44,090 nucleotides of DNA from NCBI RefSeq assembly GCF_006345805.1, contig NW_021835450.1:1-44090 (forward strand), in the 5' to 3' direction. The stretch comes from Octopus sinensis. Taxonomy: Eukaryota. Below are positions 11,951 through 25,405 of this stretch, piece after piece. The notes beneath the pieces were generated by a model, which saw only the letters and a program-made list of their open reading frames with translations, had not been told where the DNA came from and did not search any database. The position numbers and the translations under genes were made by a program. Position 1 is the first letter of the stretch, and every line of letters begins with the position of its first letter.

Positions 11951-12273
11951 TAGACAGATAGATAGACAGACAGACAGGCAGACAGACAGATAGATAGACA
12001 AACAGACAGACAGACATAGAGGTGAAGAGAGAGTGAAGAGAGAGAGGTGGAGAGAAAGAGAGAGAGAGGTGAAGAGAGAAGGACTAGGGAGTGCAAGAGA
12101 TGGATGGAGAGAGAGATGGAAAGAGATAGAGAGAGATGGAAAGATAAGCAGAGAGAGAGACAGACAGACAGCAGACAGAGAGAGATATACAGAAAGTGGA
12201 TCGGAGAGACATAGTGCTAATTCTAATTAGTAGATGTTTTATAGAAATAACGACGGAAGATGTTCCTTCTTAC

Positions 12274-12430
12274 CAATGTCAACATGGCTGATGAAGTTGT
12301 TGGATAAATCAAGGAACACCAACTGATGAAGTTTGGATATATTCTCCACAAACTCAATTTCATTGTTAGACAAATCAAGCAGCTGAAGGTTGCACAAGAT
12401 GTCGAGGTGGTTGAGTTGTTTGATTTTGTT
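12274..12430 (-). CDS. LRRC46: LRRC46-like exon 4, SDS22-type LRRs (NKIKQLNHLDILCNLQLLDLSNNEIEFVENISKLHQLVFLDLSNNFISHVDI)
   Basis: ttcccAG acceptor, GTAAGA donor, 157 nt, phase 0 to 1. Two canonical LxxLDLSNNxI repeats. Confidence 0.95.
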
Positions 12431-12559
12431 CTGGGAATCAAAGAAAGGAGAGAGAAATATAAGTAGACAATAAGGCATATCAAAATACGTAAAACAAAAT
12501 CTCTCTATATATAAAGCTGAAGTTGTCTGTGTGTGTGTGGCAGGTTTGGTAGCCTTCAA

Positions 12560-12898
12560 CTAACACTATCTCCTCTGAGACCCTGTGGCACAAGTTGACC
12601 AAAATCGAGAGTATGATAGAAGATGGCTTGCTCTTCATTCCGTAGAAGAAAAAAATTCAAATCAGACCATATTAACACCAAAAATAGTTTACATCAAAAA
12701 GGTGCCTTTTTTTCTATGATAATCCCTATTTTTTACGATTTTTTGACTGCTGTGTCACCATTTTTCGGCGTATTTCAACCAGAGAAATGTTCACTTAAAG
12801 AGAATAACAAGCTACATAATGCAAAATTTTTACTTTTCAAAAATACCAATTCTAAAGGGTCGAAACAAACTTGAGCAACGCCGGGTTATACTGCTAGT
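12560..12898 (-). mobile_element. Non-autonomous Helitron/Helentron-like (HINE/DINE-1-like) element
   Basis: The minus strand begins ACTAGCAGTATAACCCGGCGTTGCTC, a start I recognise for this class. No coding part. Confidence 0.45.
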
Positions 12899-12919
12899 AA
12901 AATAATAAAAAGGATATAG

Positions 12920-13330
12920 GAGGTTTGGATGTGTGGTAAGAAGTCTGCTTCCTAACTTCAAGGTTCTGGGTTCAGTCCCACTGCATGGCACCTTGGTTTC
13001 ATGTCTTCTACTATAGCTTTGGATCCAATCAAAGACTTGTGAGTGGATTTGGGAGATGGAAACTGAAAGAAGCCCATTGTGTGTGTTTATATATCTATTT
13101 CTGTGTGTGTCTTTGTGTCTGCATTTGCCCCCCCCCCATCCATCACTGCTTGACAAGCGGTGTTGGTGTGTTTATGTCCCTGTAACTTAGTGGTTTAGCA
13201 AAAGTGACTGATAGAATGAGTATCAGGTTTAATCAAAAAAAGGATTGAGGTTGATTCATTCAGCTAAAAGTTCTTCAGGGTGTTGCCCCAACAAGGCCAC
13301 AGCCTAGTGACTGACACAAATAAAAGAATA
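12920..13330 (+). mobile_element. tRNA-derived CORE-like SINE
   Basis: tRNA-like head (tggtaagaag...ggttcagtccc) and shared body (ctactatagc...gatggaaactgaaagaagccc). Related copies at about 15710, 30630, 38118, 38572, 39525 and 43268. Confidence 0.75.
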
Positions 13331-13989
13331 GAAGGTAAAAGATAGCAAAGACTTATCACAGGTGAGAGCAAAGACTTGTCACAACACAGCAAAGGCTTGT
13401 CACAACACAGCAAAGACTTGTCACAATATATTGAAGACTAATCACAGAAGAAGAAAGATTCACCACAACACAGGAAAGACATGTAGGCGCAGTTACCTCC
13501 CCTGACTGCAGCTGTTTAAATTAGCTGGCCACTAGATGGCGATGGTTCGGATACTAATCTCTAGCACTTCCTCTTTCGCATCAAGTTGCCGGAGAGAAAA
13601 GACATGACCTAGCTATTTGTCACACACCTGTGGCAGCAAGTACATGCAGTTACGCAGAAGATGAACATGGTCCTTTCAATAAACTCTTTCCATTATTATT
13701 CCATTTGTATATATTTGAGACCGAGAATAAAGGTACTTAAAGTTGCAGTTTTTTCTATGAATTCTTTGTCGAATGACATATTACAGCCTTCTGAACAGAG
13801 TCATCATTAGATGGCTTCAACCTGAGAACACCATCATCTAAAGACACATCAATAAAATAGCATAGATTCATCACAAAATGAATATATGAAAGAAAATGTT
13901 GTATACAGTACTCAGGTGCACTACAACTTTTTAAAAAAGCCCATCAGGTGTACTGTTGGCAGATTTTCCAGAAGCATAGTAGTTTTGAA

Positions 13990-14390
13990 GGATGCAGTGT
14001 CTCGACAGCTGAAGCGCAGTCATTAGTCATAGTTTATTCCATGCTTCAACAATTCTGAGTGTAAAAACATGTATCTGAAAGTATGTGTTGTTTTTTGGTT
14101 TTGTAAGTATGTCCACAAGTGTTTGTCATGGAATTCAAAAAAGGTGCCGAAGTTGTTGTGGGAAAGATGGTGGATAATCTTGTGGGTGTTTACCAAGTCA
14201 GTTGCCAGACATCTGAGCTTCAATGTGTCCATGCCACAGGAAGGAAGGCATTCAGAGTATGGTAGATGCCTGACGGCGGGTATTCGTTTTGTTGCGGTTT
14301 CCAGGAGATCTATATGCTGCACAAGATAGGGGTTCCAGACTGGTGATGCAAATTCTAAGTGTGGACGTACCATTGTCATATAACTTTAAA
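13990..14390 (-). mobile_element. CR1/Jockey-group LINE ORF2 C-terminal remnant
   Basis: MVRPHLEFASPVWNPYL...DLLE..TKRIP..RHLPY...LKLR...DLV..HKII matches the typical post-RT region. Confidence 0.8.
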
Positions 14391-14486
14391 TAGTTATAGA
14401 AAAGACTTAACATAAAATACCAACAACTTGTCACAACAGAGCAAAGATTTGTCATGACATAGTAAAGACTTATCACAACATAGGGA

Positions 14487-14896
14487 AGATCTTTTCGGTT
14501 TGAACGGCAGTTTTTAACATAATTTCTAGGTAACTAAAAAAATTTTAAACTTCGTATACTGGTAGAATGTGTTTATAAAACATTTTCTCTGGCTTTCTGA
14601 GAAAATTCTATAGTTTTGTAAGATATTTGTTGTTTTTTTTTCTTCTTCATTTCTGCAATTTCAACCAATCAGTGACGTCTATTGAGTTAAAAAGCATTCT
14701 GTGCCGTATGAATATGTCCCTCGTTTAAGAAACAGATTGGATTTATTTACATTTGTGAAGAAAAAAGATACCCTTCCCCCCACCCCTAACCCTAAAAGAG
14801 ATTGAAATGCAATAGATCGATACTAGGGTCATAATTATGGGTGACAATTTCATATGACACCACTAGAAAAAACTGCCGTTGAAACCGAAAATATCC
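14487..14896. mobile_element. MITE with about 30-bp TIRs and an 8-bp TSD (hAT-like)
   Basis: TIRs gatcttttcggtttgaacggcagttttt / aaaaactgccgttgaaaccgaaaatatc. TSD CATAGGGA at 14479-14486 and 14897-14904. Confidence 0.8.
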
Positions 14897-16026
14897 CATA
14901 GGGAAGATTTATCACAACGTAGGAAAGATTCGTCACAACTGAGCGAAGACATATCACAAGAGAGCAAAGATTCGTCATAATATAACCAAAATTCATCACA
15001 ACATAGCAAAGACTTGACATAACATAGTAAAGATTCATCACAGCAGAAACAAGATATACCTAAAATAGTAAAGATTCCTCACAACTCAGCAAAGACTCGT
15101 CATAACCTCGCAAAGACTTGTCACAATACAGCAAACGAAATGATCATCACCATTTGGGGAGAGTCGATTACATTAACTGATACTTAAACAGAACAATAGT
15201 TTTCTCAAAGCAAAAGAATAAAAGCCAAAGATGACTCCAGCGGGATCCGAACGGAGATCGTGAAGGGATGCAATGAAATATCTCAAGCGTTTCGTCCGAT
15301 GATGGAACGATTCTGCTAAATCGTATCCCAAATGTTCCTTATCGGAGAAAAAAACAAAAAGAAAAGAAAAAAACAACAAAGGGAAATAACTGAGATAAGT
15401 GCAGAGAGTTGTTCCCTTATCGACTTGTCTGTTTGGCCAGTATTAGCCTAGAAATATCTGTAATCTATGAATTTTTTGGTCGAGATTATCCAGGAATGTG
15501 TCATTTTGACCTTTATTTTTTGTAAATAATAAGGTGCAATTCAAAGTGGATTTAGCAACAAGGTAGTCTCCGATTTAACCACTATTTAAACTATTCCATG
15601 TGGTATATTTTCCTGTATTATTTCAGTTATATAAACTCTATAAAAAAAAAATGAAATAATTTACAGACTATAGATACTTACATTAATATATATGTGAGTG
15701 TGTGCACGCATACATGGCTGTGCAGTAAATAATTTCTTCCCAACCACATGGTTCCAGGTTCAATCCCAATGTGTAGTGCTTGGGCAAGTGTCTTCTACTA
15801 TAGCCCTGGTCTGATCAAAGCCTTGAAAGTGGATTTGGTAGATGAAAACCGAAAGAAGCCCGTCATATATATGTATATATATATATATGCCTACTGTTTG
15901 TTCCTTCTCGAGCCACGTGGCGATTAGGTGTTTTGCTCATAAACACACACATCGCCCGGTCTGAGATTCGAACCCACGATCCCTCAACCATGAGTCCGCT
16001 GCGCTAAACACTACGCCATGTGTCTC

Positions 16027-16057
<31 letters not shown>

Positions 16058-17137
16058 GTACATTATATATATATAATGTATATGTGTCTTTGTTTGTCCC
16101 CCTGCTCCAACAGCTTGACAACTGGTGTTGGTGTATTTATGTCCCTGTAACTTTAGCGGTTCGGCAACAGAGATCGATAGAATAAGCACCAGGCTTAAAA
16201 GACAAAAAGTACTGGGGTCGATTAGTTCGAATATAAATTCTTCAAGGCAGTGCCCCAGTATGGCCACAGTCTAATGACTGAAACAAGTAAAGCACAAAAG
16301 ATATACTCTTTACCCTTTTACTTGTTTCAGTCAGTTGACTGCGACCATGCTGGAGCACCACCTTTAGTCGAGCAAATCAACCCCAGGACTTATTCTTTGT
16401 TAACCTAGTACTTATTCTATCGGTCTCTTTTGCTGAACAGCTAAGTTACGGCGATGTAAACACACCAGCATCAGTTGTCAAGTGATGATGGGGGACAAAC
16501 ACATACACACATATATATATATATATATATATATTACACAATGGGCTTTTTTCATACATGTTATATGTACCTAGAAACAGGGTACATAGATCCATGCTAT
16601 ATGTACCCTGAGGCAAAAGTAAAATAAATTTCCTTCCTGAGTCATATGGAGTCATTGGATCAGTTTCCTGGTTTCCGTGGCATATATATCCCCCACCCCC
16701 ACACCCACCCCATGGACGTGACACCGACCCATCGCAGGATCCCTCATTTTTTCCAGTTGAGTGACTTGAGCAACATGAAATGAAGTGTTTCGCTCAAGAA
16801 CATCATGCGTTGCCCGGCCCATGATTCGAAACCACAATTTTAAGAAATTTGAGTCCAACACCCTAACCACTATGCCACGTACCTCCACTTATGTACACTG
16901 TATCTACCAAGAAATAGGATAAATTCACACATGCTACATTACCTAGAAACAGAGACAGTCATATATACTAGATGTATCGAGAAATAGGGTACATATATAG
17001 ACACTATACGTACCCCACGTATACCAAGAAACAGTATTAATATATATATATATAATTATATATATATATTATATATATATATTATATATATATATATATA
17101 TCTATATATATGTATATATATATATACATATCTATAT

Positions 17138-17186
<49 letters not shown>

Positions 17187-17260
17187 TAACATATATATAT
17201 ACACACACACTATATATATATATATATACATATATATATACTATATATACATATATATAT

Positions 17261-17312
<52 letters not shown>

Positions 17313-17334
17313 CACACACACACACACACACAAA

Positions 17335-17415
<81 letters not shown>

Positions 17416-18069
17416 CATACATATATATATATATTATATATATATATATATATATACACACATGCATGCTATATGTATTCTAAATCAATAATATGGTTTC
17501 GATTTTTAACACTGCATCTACTGTCCCCTCTGTGTGTTTGTATATGTGTGTATGCATGTATTTGGATGTGTGTATATATATGTGTCGATGTGTGCATGTG
17601 TTTGCATGTATATATTATTTGTGTGTGTGTGTGTGAGTGTTTGTATTACAGTGGTTTAGAACTGGGCTGTTAAAGCACAAAGCAGTCTCATGTGTTCACA
17701 TACATGGGGCTGGGGTTATTTTCTCTCACCCCCAACGTCCACTGAATTTTTTTCTTGTACTTTACAAGAGTGCTGAAGTCGGCATCAGACTAACAACTCT
17801 TCGTTAGGTTCAATAGAAACAACAACAATAACAATACAGCTTGATGTCTGCCCCAGCATGGCTCATGGCTCTCGTCCAATGACTGAAACTTAGTAAAGGG
17901 ATAATAAAAAATAACAAGAAAAAACTTGCACACACACACACACATACAAATATAAATATATATAGATATATATATATAATATACCTACACAGATATACAC
18001 AAATGTGTGTGTATCGTCATATATATATATACACAAATGTATGTATGATATATATGTATGTATGTGTAT

Positions 18070-18124
<55 letters not shown>

Positions 18125-18245
18125 GTGGAAAGGAACACACGAGTTGATATATATGAAAAAACAAGTCAAAAATAGAAAATGCTAAGATAATTTTATATAT
18201 ATATAAATTTATATATATATATTTATGTGTGTATATATATATATA

Positions 18246-18291
<46 letters not shown>

Positions 18292-18503
18292 TATTCATAT
18301 ATATGTATATATATATACATATATATTCATATATTATATATTATATATATATTATATATATATATATATATATTCATATATATGTATATATATATTTACA
18401 AATACAACACAAGTACACATACATACATGCATGTATGTATATATGATTGTATATATGTATGTATGCATGTATGTATGTATGCATGTCTATAGGCATATGT
18501 ACC

Positions 18504-18535
<32 letters not shown>

Positions 18536-18603
18536 CATACACACACACACACACACACACCCACATATATATCTATATATATATAATATATATATATATA
18601 TAT

Positions 18604-18659
<56 letters not shown>

Positions 18660-18850
18660 ACAAGTGTGTGTTGTGTTTCAATACAACATTGAATGTCTGT
18701 CTAGTTTAATGAAATCCTGACTATGCAAGTATGACAGGCAATCTAGTGAGAGAGACAAAAAAAACCTACAAAAGAACTCTTAGAAAAACAACTACATTAT
18801 ATATATATATATATTTATTTATTTATAATCATTGTTATTACTATTATTAC

Positions 18851-18898
<48 letters not shown>

Positions 18899-19321
18899 GG
18901 TCATAACATGTTGAAAGCATTGGTTCTCAGCCAATTACCGAAGTTAAGCAATGTCTCCAGTCTAGTTGTACTTAGATGGGTGACCACAAAGGAATCATCA
19001 GTGCTATAAGCTTCCACAATTAGTCTAACGTGTGTATGTGTGTGTGAGTGTGAGTATGTGTGTGTGAGTGAACAAGTACATGTGTGTGCATGTGTGGAGC
19101 AGCACTGTGTATTTATGTGTGTGTGTGTGTGAGGGGGGATGTGTGTGTATATGTGTATAGTGTGTGAGACTGCCTAATGTATGTGTGTGTGCTGAGGCCC
19201 ACTTTACCTTTCAGCCCTCAAGGGTCAACAAATTATAAAGTACCTGTCAAGTACAGGGGTCAAATGTATCAACTAAACCCTTTCCCTCAAAATTACTGGC
19301 CTTGTGTCAAAATTTGAAACC

Positions 19322-19611
19322 ATTATTATAAGTTCGGTCTTATTCCTGGTAGGATTTATGTGGTGGGTAGGAGGTTACTACCTGTAACCTCAGGTATCCT
19401 CAAGTTTTCATCAGTCTTTCAAGTGCTTAGAACCCTCCTGATAATCTTTGCTGTCCCTAGGAGACAAACTTTCTGTAGGAGTTCTACTGGGCATTCTATT
19501 CCAGTCTCCTTCAGCCATTTGTCTACATCTTGGTTTACTGTTCCCAATGCCCCAATTATTATAGGCATGACCCTTACTGTTCACATGTGCTAAATTCTTC
19601 CTATTTCCAAC
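19322..19611 (-). mobile_element. 5'-truncated RLE-type non-LTR retrotransposon (R4/Dong-like) 3' end
   Basis: LEIGRI*HM*TVRVMPIIIGALGTV...WL..TGI...LLQKVCLLGTAKIIRRVLST*, the C-terminus of a restriction-like endonuclease. Bounded by (TAA)n. Confidence 0.8.
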
Positions 19612-19647
19612 TTTATTATTTATTATTATTATTATTATTATATTATT

Positions 19648-19806
19648 CAGTAGTTTTATTTTTATAGCATGCTTTCACTTCACTACCGAGTGTAGCTCTG
19701 TGTACCTTGGGTATGCGCTATGATTTGCTGTGATGCTTTGATGGCTACTGTATTGAAAGTGTTTTGCGTAGGATGTGTGCAAGTGCCCAGTAGTGCAATT
19801 TTCTGT
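19648..19806 (-). mobile_element. Second RLE-type LINE 3' end (different family)
   Basis: QKIALLGT[+1]AHILRKTLSIQ* plus a short 3' UTR, within (TAA)n/(TCA)n runs. Confidence 0.7.
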
Positions 19807-20442
19807 TATTATTAATATCATCATCATCATCATCATTATTATTATTGTTGTTGTTGTCGTTATTATTATTATTGTTATCATCATCATCATCATCATCATT
19901 ATTATTATTGTTATTATTATTATTATTATTATTACTGAAGGTGGTGAGCTGGCAGAATCGTTAGCACACTGGACAATATGTTTAGCGGTATTTCACCCGT
20001 CTTTGCGTTCTGAGTTCAAATTCTGCTGAGGTCAACTTTGCCTTTCATCCTTTCAGAGTCGATGAAATAAGTACCAGTTACACACTGGGGTCGATGTAAT
20101 CAACTAGCTCCCCTGCCTCCATTTCAGGCCTTATGCTTTTAGTAGAAAGGATTATTATTATTATTATTATTATTTATTATTATTATTGGTGTTATTATTA
20201 TTATTATGATTATTATTATGATTATTATTATTATTATTCCATGCTAGCATGGAAAACAGATGATGATGATGATATTGTCATTGTTGTTATTATTATTATT
20301 GTTATTATTAGTATTTTTCCAGTTTAGTTTTTGTGTTGGACATTCAATAATATCCCCTTCTTAATTGTGTGTGGTTTTGGCAACGTTCCATACAAGCAGA
20401 ATTGTGCCAACATGTAACTAAAGTGATTGAAGGAAGAGAAAC

Positions 20443-20474
<32 letters not shown>

Positions 20475-21017
20475 GAGGGGAGGGGTATTTTCCATTGGCC
20501 TTTGTACGTTTTGGAAAGAGAGTAACTGAGAGAGTTAATTAATTGCAGTGGTTTTACAAACCAATACTGCCACCACCACCACCACCACCACCACCACCAC
20601 CACTACCACCATCACCACCATCTCCACCATCACCAGAGCAACTATCTCCAATACACTACTATCTCCACTACTGCTACCATCACCACTATCAGCAGCAGCA
20701 CCACACCACCACCACCAGTGCTGCCCCCTGGCCATTAAGTGCTCTTAGTGGAAAAAAGTGAACTGGGTCTGTTAAAGTTATTCAGGGAACAGGTCCCTGG
20801 TCAGAGAGAGAGAGAGAGATGATGAGAGAGAGATGGAGAGAGAGAGAGAGAGATGGAGAGAGAGAGATATGGAGAGAGAGAGATATGGAGAGAGAGAGTG
20901 GGGGGAATAATTCCCCTTCCCCACTACATTCCTATTGCCATTCACCCCACAGACCCCAAACCTTGTAAAAGGTTACAGGTGCTGCTTTCCCTTCAATGAC
21001 TAAGGAGGGAGAAAAAG

Positions 21018-21061
<44 letters not shown>

Positions 21062-21553
21062 TGACAGGCAGAGGGAGGGAAGGGGAGAGAGAGGGAGAGG
21101 GAGAACATGTTTAATTAAAATAGACATAATTGTAACTGTTAAGTAGTTGTTGTTATTGTTTTGTTGTTGTTGTTGCTGCTGTTGTTACTGATGGTGTTGT
21201 TGTTGTTGCTGCTGTTCTTTTGTATTTTTTTGCTGTTGTTGTTGTCCAAATTGTTCAGTTCCTGGAGAGTGTTGACCATGCAGATCTATGAGCAAAAGGG
21301 TTCCAGCCATGACTGTCCTGTTCTCTTTATCCCAGGCAATGTATACCTTTATTTCTTTACTACCCACAAGGGGCTAAACACAGAAGGGACAAACAATGAC
21401 AGATAAACGGATTAAGTCGATTATATCAACCCCAGTGCGTAACTGGTACTTATTTAATTGACCCCCGAAAAGATGAAAGGCAAAGTCGACTTCGGTGGAA
21501 TTTGAACTCAGAACGTAACGGCAGATGAAATACCTATTTCTTTACTACCCACA

Positions 21554-21940
21554 GCGTGGAGGCGCAATGGCCCAGTGGTTTGGGCAGCGAACTCGCGGTC
21601 AAAGGATCGCGGTTTCGATTCCCAGACCGGGCGTTGTGAGTGTTTATTGAGCGAAAACACCTAAAAGCTCCACGAGGCTCCGGCAGGGGATGGTGGTGAT
21701 CCCTGCTGTACTCATTCACCACAACTTTCTCTCACTCTTACTTCCTGTTTCTGTTGTACCTGTATTTCAAAGGGCCGGCCTTGTCACTCTCTGTGTCACG
21801 CTGAATATCCCCGAGAACTACGTGAAGGGTACACGTGTCTGTGGAGTGCTCAGCCACTTACACGTTAATATCACGAGCAGGCTGTTCCGTTGATTCGGAT
21901 CATCTGGAACCCTTGTCGTTGTAACTGACGGAGTGCTTCC
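21554..21940 (+). mobile_element. Full-length tRNA-derived SINE with a 10-bp TSD, nested in another SINE
   Basis: Box A tggcccagtgg and box B ggtttcgattcc. TSD ACTACCCACA at 21544-21553 and 21941-21950. Confidence 0.9.
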
Positions 21941-22533
21941 ACTACCCACAAGGGGCTAAACATAGAGGGAACAAACAAGGACAGACAAACAGATTAAGTT
22001 GATTATATCTACCCCAGTGCACAACTGGTACTTATTTAATCGACCCCGAAAGGATGAAAGGCAAAGTCAACCTTGGCGGAATTTGAACTCAGAACGTAGC
22101 GGCAGACGAAATGCCGCTAATCGTTTCGCCCGGCGTGCTAACGTTTCTGCCAAGGACTACATTATCAAACGTGTCTCATCATTCGCATTTCTTTTTCACT
22201 TTTTTGGGGATGTGTGAAAAGACAGCTGCCATGACTGAGGCAGAGGAGAAATTGGCAGTTATTTATTGCGTTTTGAGCAGCTATGTAGGGGCTCCACCCT
22301 TGTTAACTAAAGTATGTATGTGCTTGTATGTATGTGTGTGTATTTACATATATATACATGCATGTATATACATACACATATATATATATCTGTCTATCTC
22401 TATGCAGGTATTTATGTATGCATACATGCATGTATGTATGTATGTATGTATGTATGTGTATGTTTTATATGGGTGGTTGTCTACTTCTTATGCAGAGTCT
22501 GACCATCTCTTGTACTAACATCTTAGAACCAGC

Positions 22534-22711
22534 ATGGCATCTGATGTGGCTTTTTAAACCAGACAATGTATTGAAAAAGACACCCACATAGATTGCATAT
22601 CCAATTTGGACCACCAAGAACTGCAGTTAGGTTCTGATGTTTGTGAATCTTAAAATGTTTTTTGAGGCTTCTGTTAGATTTGCAGACCTTATGGCATACA
22701 GGGCATTGAAA
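22534..22711 (-). pseudogene. Two C2H2 zinc-finger remnants (probably the C-terminal region of an RTE-type LINE)
   Basis: CPVCHKVCKSNRSLKKHFKIH, and CNLCGCLFNTLSGLKSHIRCH after removing one extra T. No splice signals identified. Confidence 0.55.
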
Positions 22712-23014
22712 GGTATGTACAGATATATATAGGCAGAAGAGTTGGTGGAGGATATTTTCATGGATCCACAAATGAAATTTGAGCCCAGCAAAAGAAAGGC
22801 ATGGTCTGTCACAAATTGCATTCTTGGAGTGGTTGTCGGTAGGAAGGGCATCCAGCTGTAGAAACTCTGTCAGATCAAATTGGAGCCTGGTGCAGTCATC
22901 TGGTTTGCCAGTCCTCAGTCAAATCATCCAACCAATGCTAGCATGGAAAGCGGATGTTAACGATGATGATGATGATGATGCTGTGATATATATATACACA
23001 CACACACACCATAC

Positions 23015-23078
<64 letters not shown>

Positions 23079-23093
23079 TAGAGAGATAGAGAA

Positions 23094-23136
<43 letters not shown>

Positions 23137-23285
23137 GTGAGATACAATATGAAAATGTGACAAAGGAGGAGATCCAAAGAATTTGAAGAAAAACAGGAAG
23201 AAAATATTTCCAACAGACACAGATAAGCTTAGTCCCTCATCAGTTGTCAATCAAATATCATTACAATTTCAGTACCTCCCACGTA

Positions 23286-24710
23286 TTGGGTTGGAGCAAA
23301 AGTTTGTACCACTGTGACATTTAAAAACATCATTTCATTTTTTACATGACAGACTTATACAACACATACATATTTTCTGAAAGGTGACATTTCAACACGT
23401 TTTTCTGTATGATACAGTAAGGACAGAGTATTTCTACTCTTTTTAAATCAAAAGTGAAACTGGAGTTAAAATTAGATACATTTTCATCGTTTGATGCTGT
23501 TTTATTCCTAGAATGGCTAAAAGATGCTGTACAAACAGTAAGGTAGATGTGTGCAGTTTATGGAGGGGGTGCCATAGCTGATTGGGACTGTTCATAAGTG
23601 GTTTGCTAGATTTAGGAGTGAAAAATTTGATTCAGAAGACCATGAATGTTCTGGCAGGCCTGCAATCATTGATAATGACCAACTCAAAATGCTGATCAAA
23701 AATAATCCAGGTCACATGACATGAGACATCACAGAGATATTCCAGAGATCTCATATGAGCATTATAAGACATTTAACACTTGGATACATGAGTTGCTATG
23801 ATGTTTGGGTGCCTCATAATTTTAACCCTTTTGCATTCAGATCATTGTTAAATGCAATGCTTATCTGATCACATTGTTTTGAATTAATTATGCATCATCT
23901 CATAGCCTTGAGATTTTAATGATGTGATTGTTTGTTTTTAGAATGACATTGTAAGATGTTGTAATCCAACATCGGACTGTTGTAATGTCCACTCTGGTAT
24001 AGCAGTATAGTTAGTTAAACAAGTAAAGACACGACTGTCTATGACTAACTTTGCTGACTCCTCACTGACTTGACTCCTTACTAACAGTATTTGTAAAGAC
24101 TAGCACATACCACTCATCACATGAGAGGGATGTTCCATTATTATTGTTATTTCCATAACATAAGGTAGGCATGAGTGCCATTATTATTATCATTATTATT
24201 ATTATTATCTTCATAACATAAGGTAGGTATGAGAGGCCAGATCTGGCCAGTTTGACCATAAAGCAAGGAGAATATTTGGGTTTGATATGGCCAGTTTAAA
24301 TGCTAAAATTTTAATGGTAAAAAAATTTAATGGACTGCATTTTTATCTGCAATTCTCTGCTCAAAAGCAACAAAAACATGACACATTTTTGAAAAGAACT
24401 ATCGCAAGTGATGAAAAATAGCCTGTTTACAGTAATGTGCAGAGCAAAAGGTTCTTGGGAAAATGAAATGAACCATCTTTAATCCCTCCAAAATCCATTC
24501 TGTATCTCAAGAAGGGGATGCTTTGTATTTGGTAGGATTAGAAGGGCAAAGTGTATTAGGAACTCCTTCTGCAAAATCAAATGTTGAATTTTAGATAATT
24601 ATTGTTCCCAATGTGGCAATCAATGAAAAACATCCAGAATCAACCAATTGGAATGGTGTTGTCCTCCTTCAGGACAATGTTAGGGATCATGTTTCCTGGC
24701 AGACTGGCTG
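23286..24710 (+). mobile_element. Mariner transposon remnant (Hsmar1-like TIR), interrupted
   Basis: TA plus TTGGGTTGGAGCAAAAG TIR. Degenerate KWFARFRS, SGRP, WVPHNL, SDEK and QDN motifs with stops and frameshifts. Confidence 0.85.
23826..24310. mobile_element. TTAA-flanked (piggyBac-type) non-autonomous insertion inside the mariner
   Basis: TTAA at 23822-23825 and 24311-24314 splits the mariner WVPHNL|..KNLMD frame. The left end is CCCTTT and the right TIR is degenerate. Confidence 0.65.
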
Positions 24711-24881
24711 GCCCTTTAGAATTGCAGGTACAACACATTTTTGACAGTTGAGTCAACTGGAGTAATGTGAAATAAAGTGTCTTGCTCAAGGACATAACTC
24801 ACTGCCAGGAATTGAACTCTTGACCTTACAATCATGAGCCAAATGCCCTAACCACTAAGCCACATGCCTAACCATAGACTA

Positions 24882-24915
<34 letters not shown>

Positions 24916-25405
24916 GTGCTCCAGTATGGCCACAGTCAAATGACTGGAACAGGTAAAACATAAAAAATATACATATATGTGTCGGTGGCACGTGAAAAAC
25001 ATTTGAGCATGGTTGTTGCCAGCGTTGCCTTACTGGCACATGTGCCAGTGTCCACGTGAAAAACAACATTCGTGCGTGGTCATTGCCAGTGTCACCTTAC
25101 TGGCACATGTGCCAGTGGAATGTAAAAAACAACATTTGAGCGTGGTCATTGCCAGTGTCGCCAGACTGGCCCTCGTGCCAGTGACACATAAAAGCACCCA
25201 CTACACTCTCAGAGTGGTTGACATTAGGAAGGGCATCCAGCTGTAGAAACTCTGCCAGATCAAAACTGGAGCCTGGTGCAGCCATCTGGTTCGCCAGTCC
25301 TCAGTCAAATCGTCCAACCCATGCCAGCATGGAAAGCAGACATTAAACGATGATGATGACGACGATGATGATGATGATGATATATATAGATAAATATATA
25401 CATAC

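Larger units (their letters stand above)
13345..15135. repeat. 21-bp minisatellite (cacaacacagcaaagacttgt) split by two insertions
   Basis: Units at about 13345-13475, 14400-14486 and 14897-15135. Confidence 0.75.

Noticed and set aside
13345-13475. Short regularly spaced repeats suggestive of a CRISPR array
   Set aside because: Adjacent degenerate units without unique spacers in a eukaryotic intron; this is a minisatellite.
14782-14794. Telomere-like ccctaaccctaa
   Set aside because: Only two units, inside a MITE.
15925-16020. tRNA-like sequence (also at about 16800-16880 and 32300-32360)
   Set aside because: Boxes A and B are present but there is no complete cloverleaf, and the sequence runs into SINE body; these are SINE heads, not tRNA genes.
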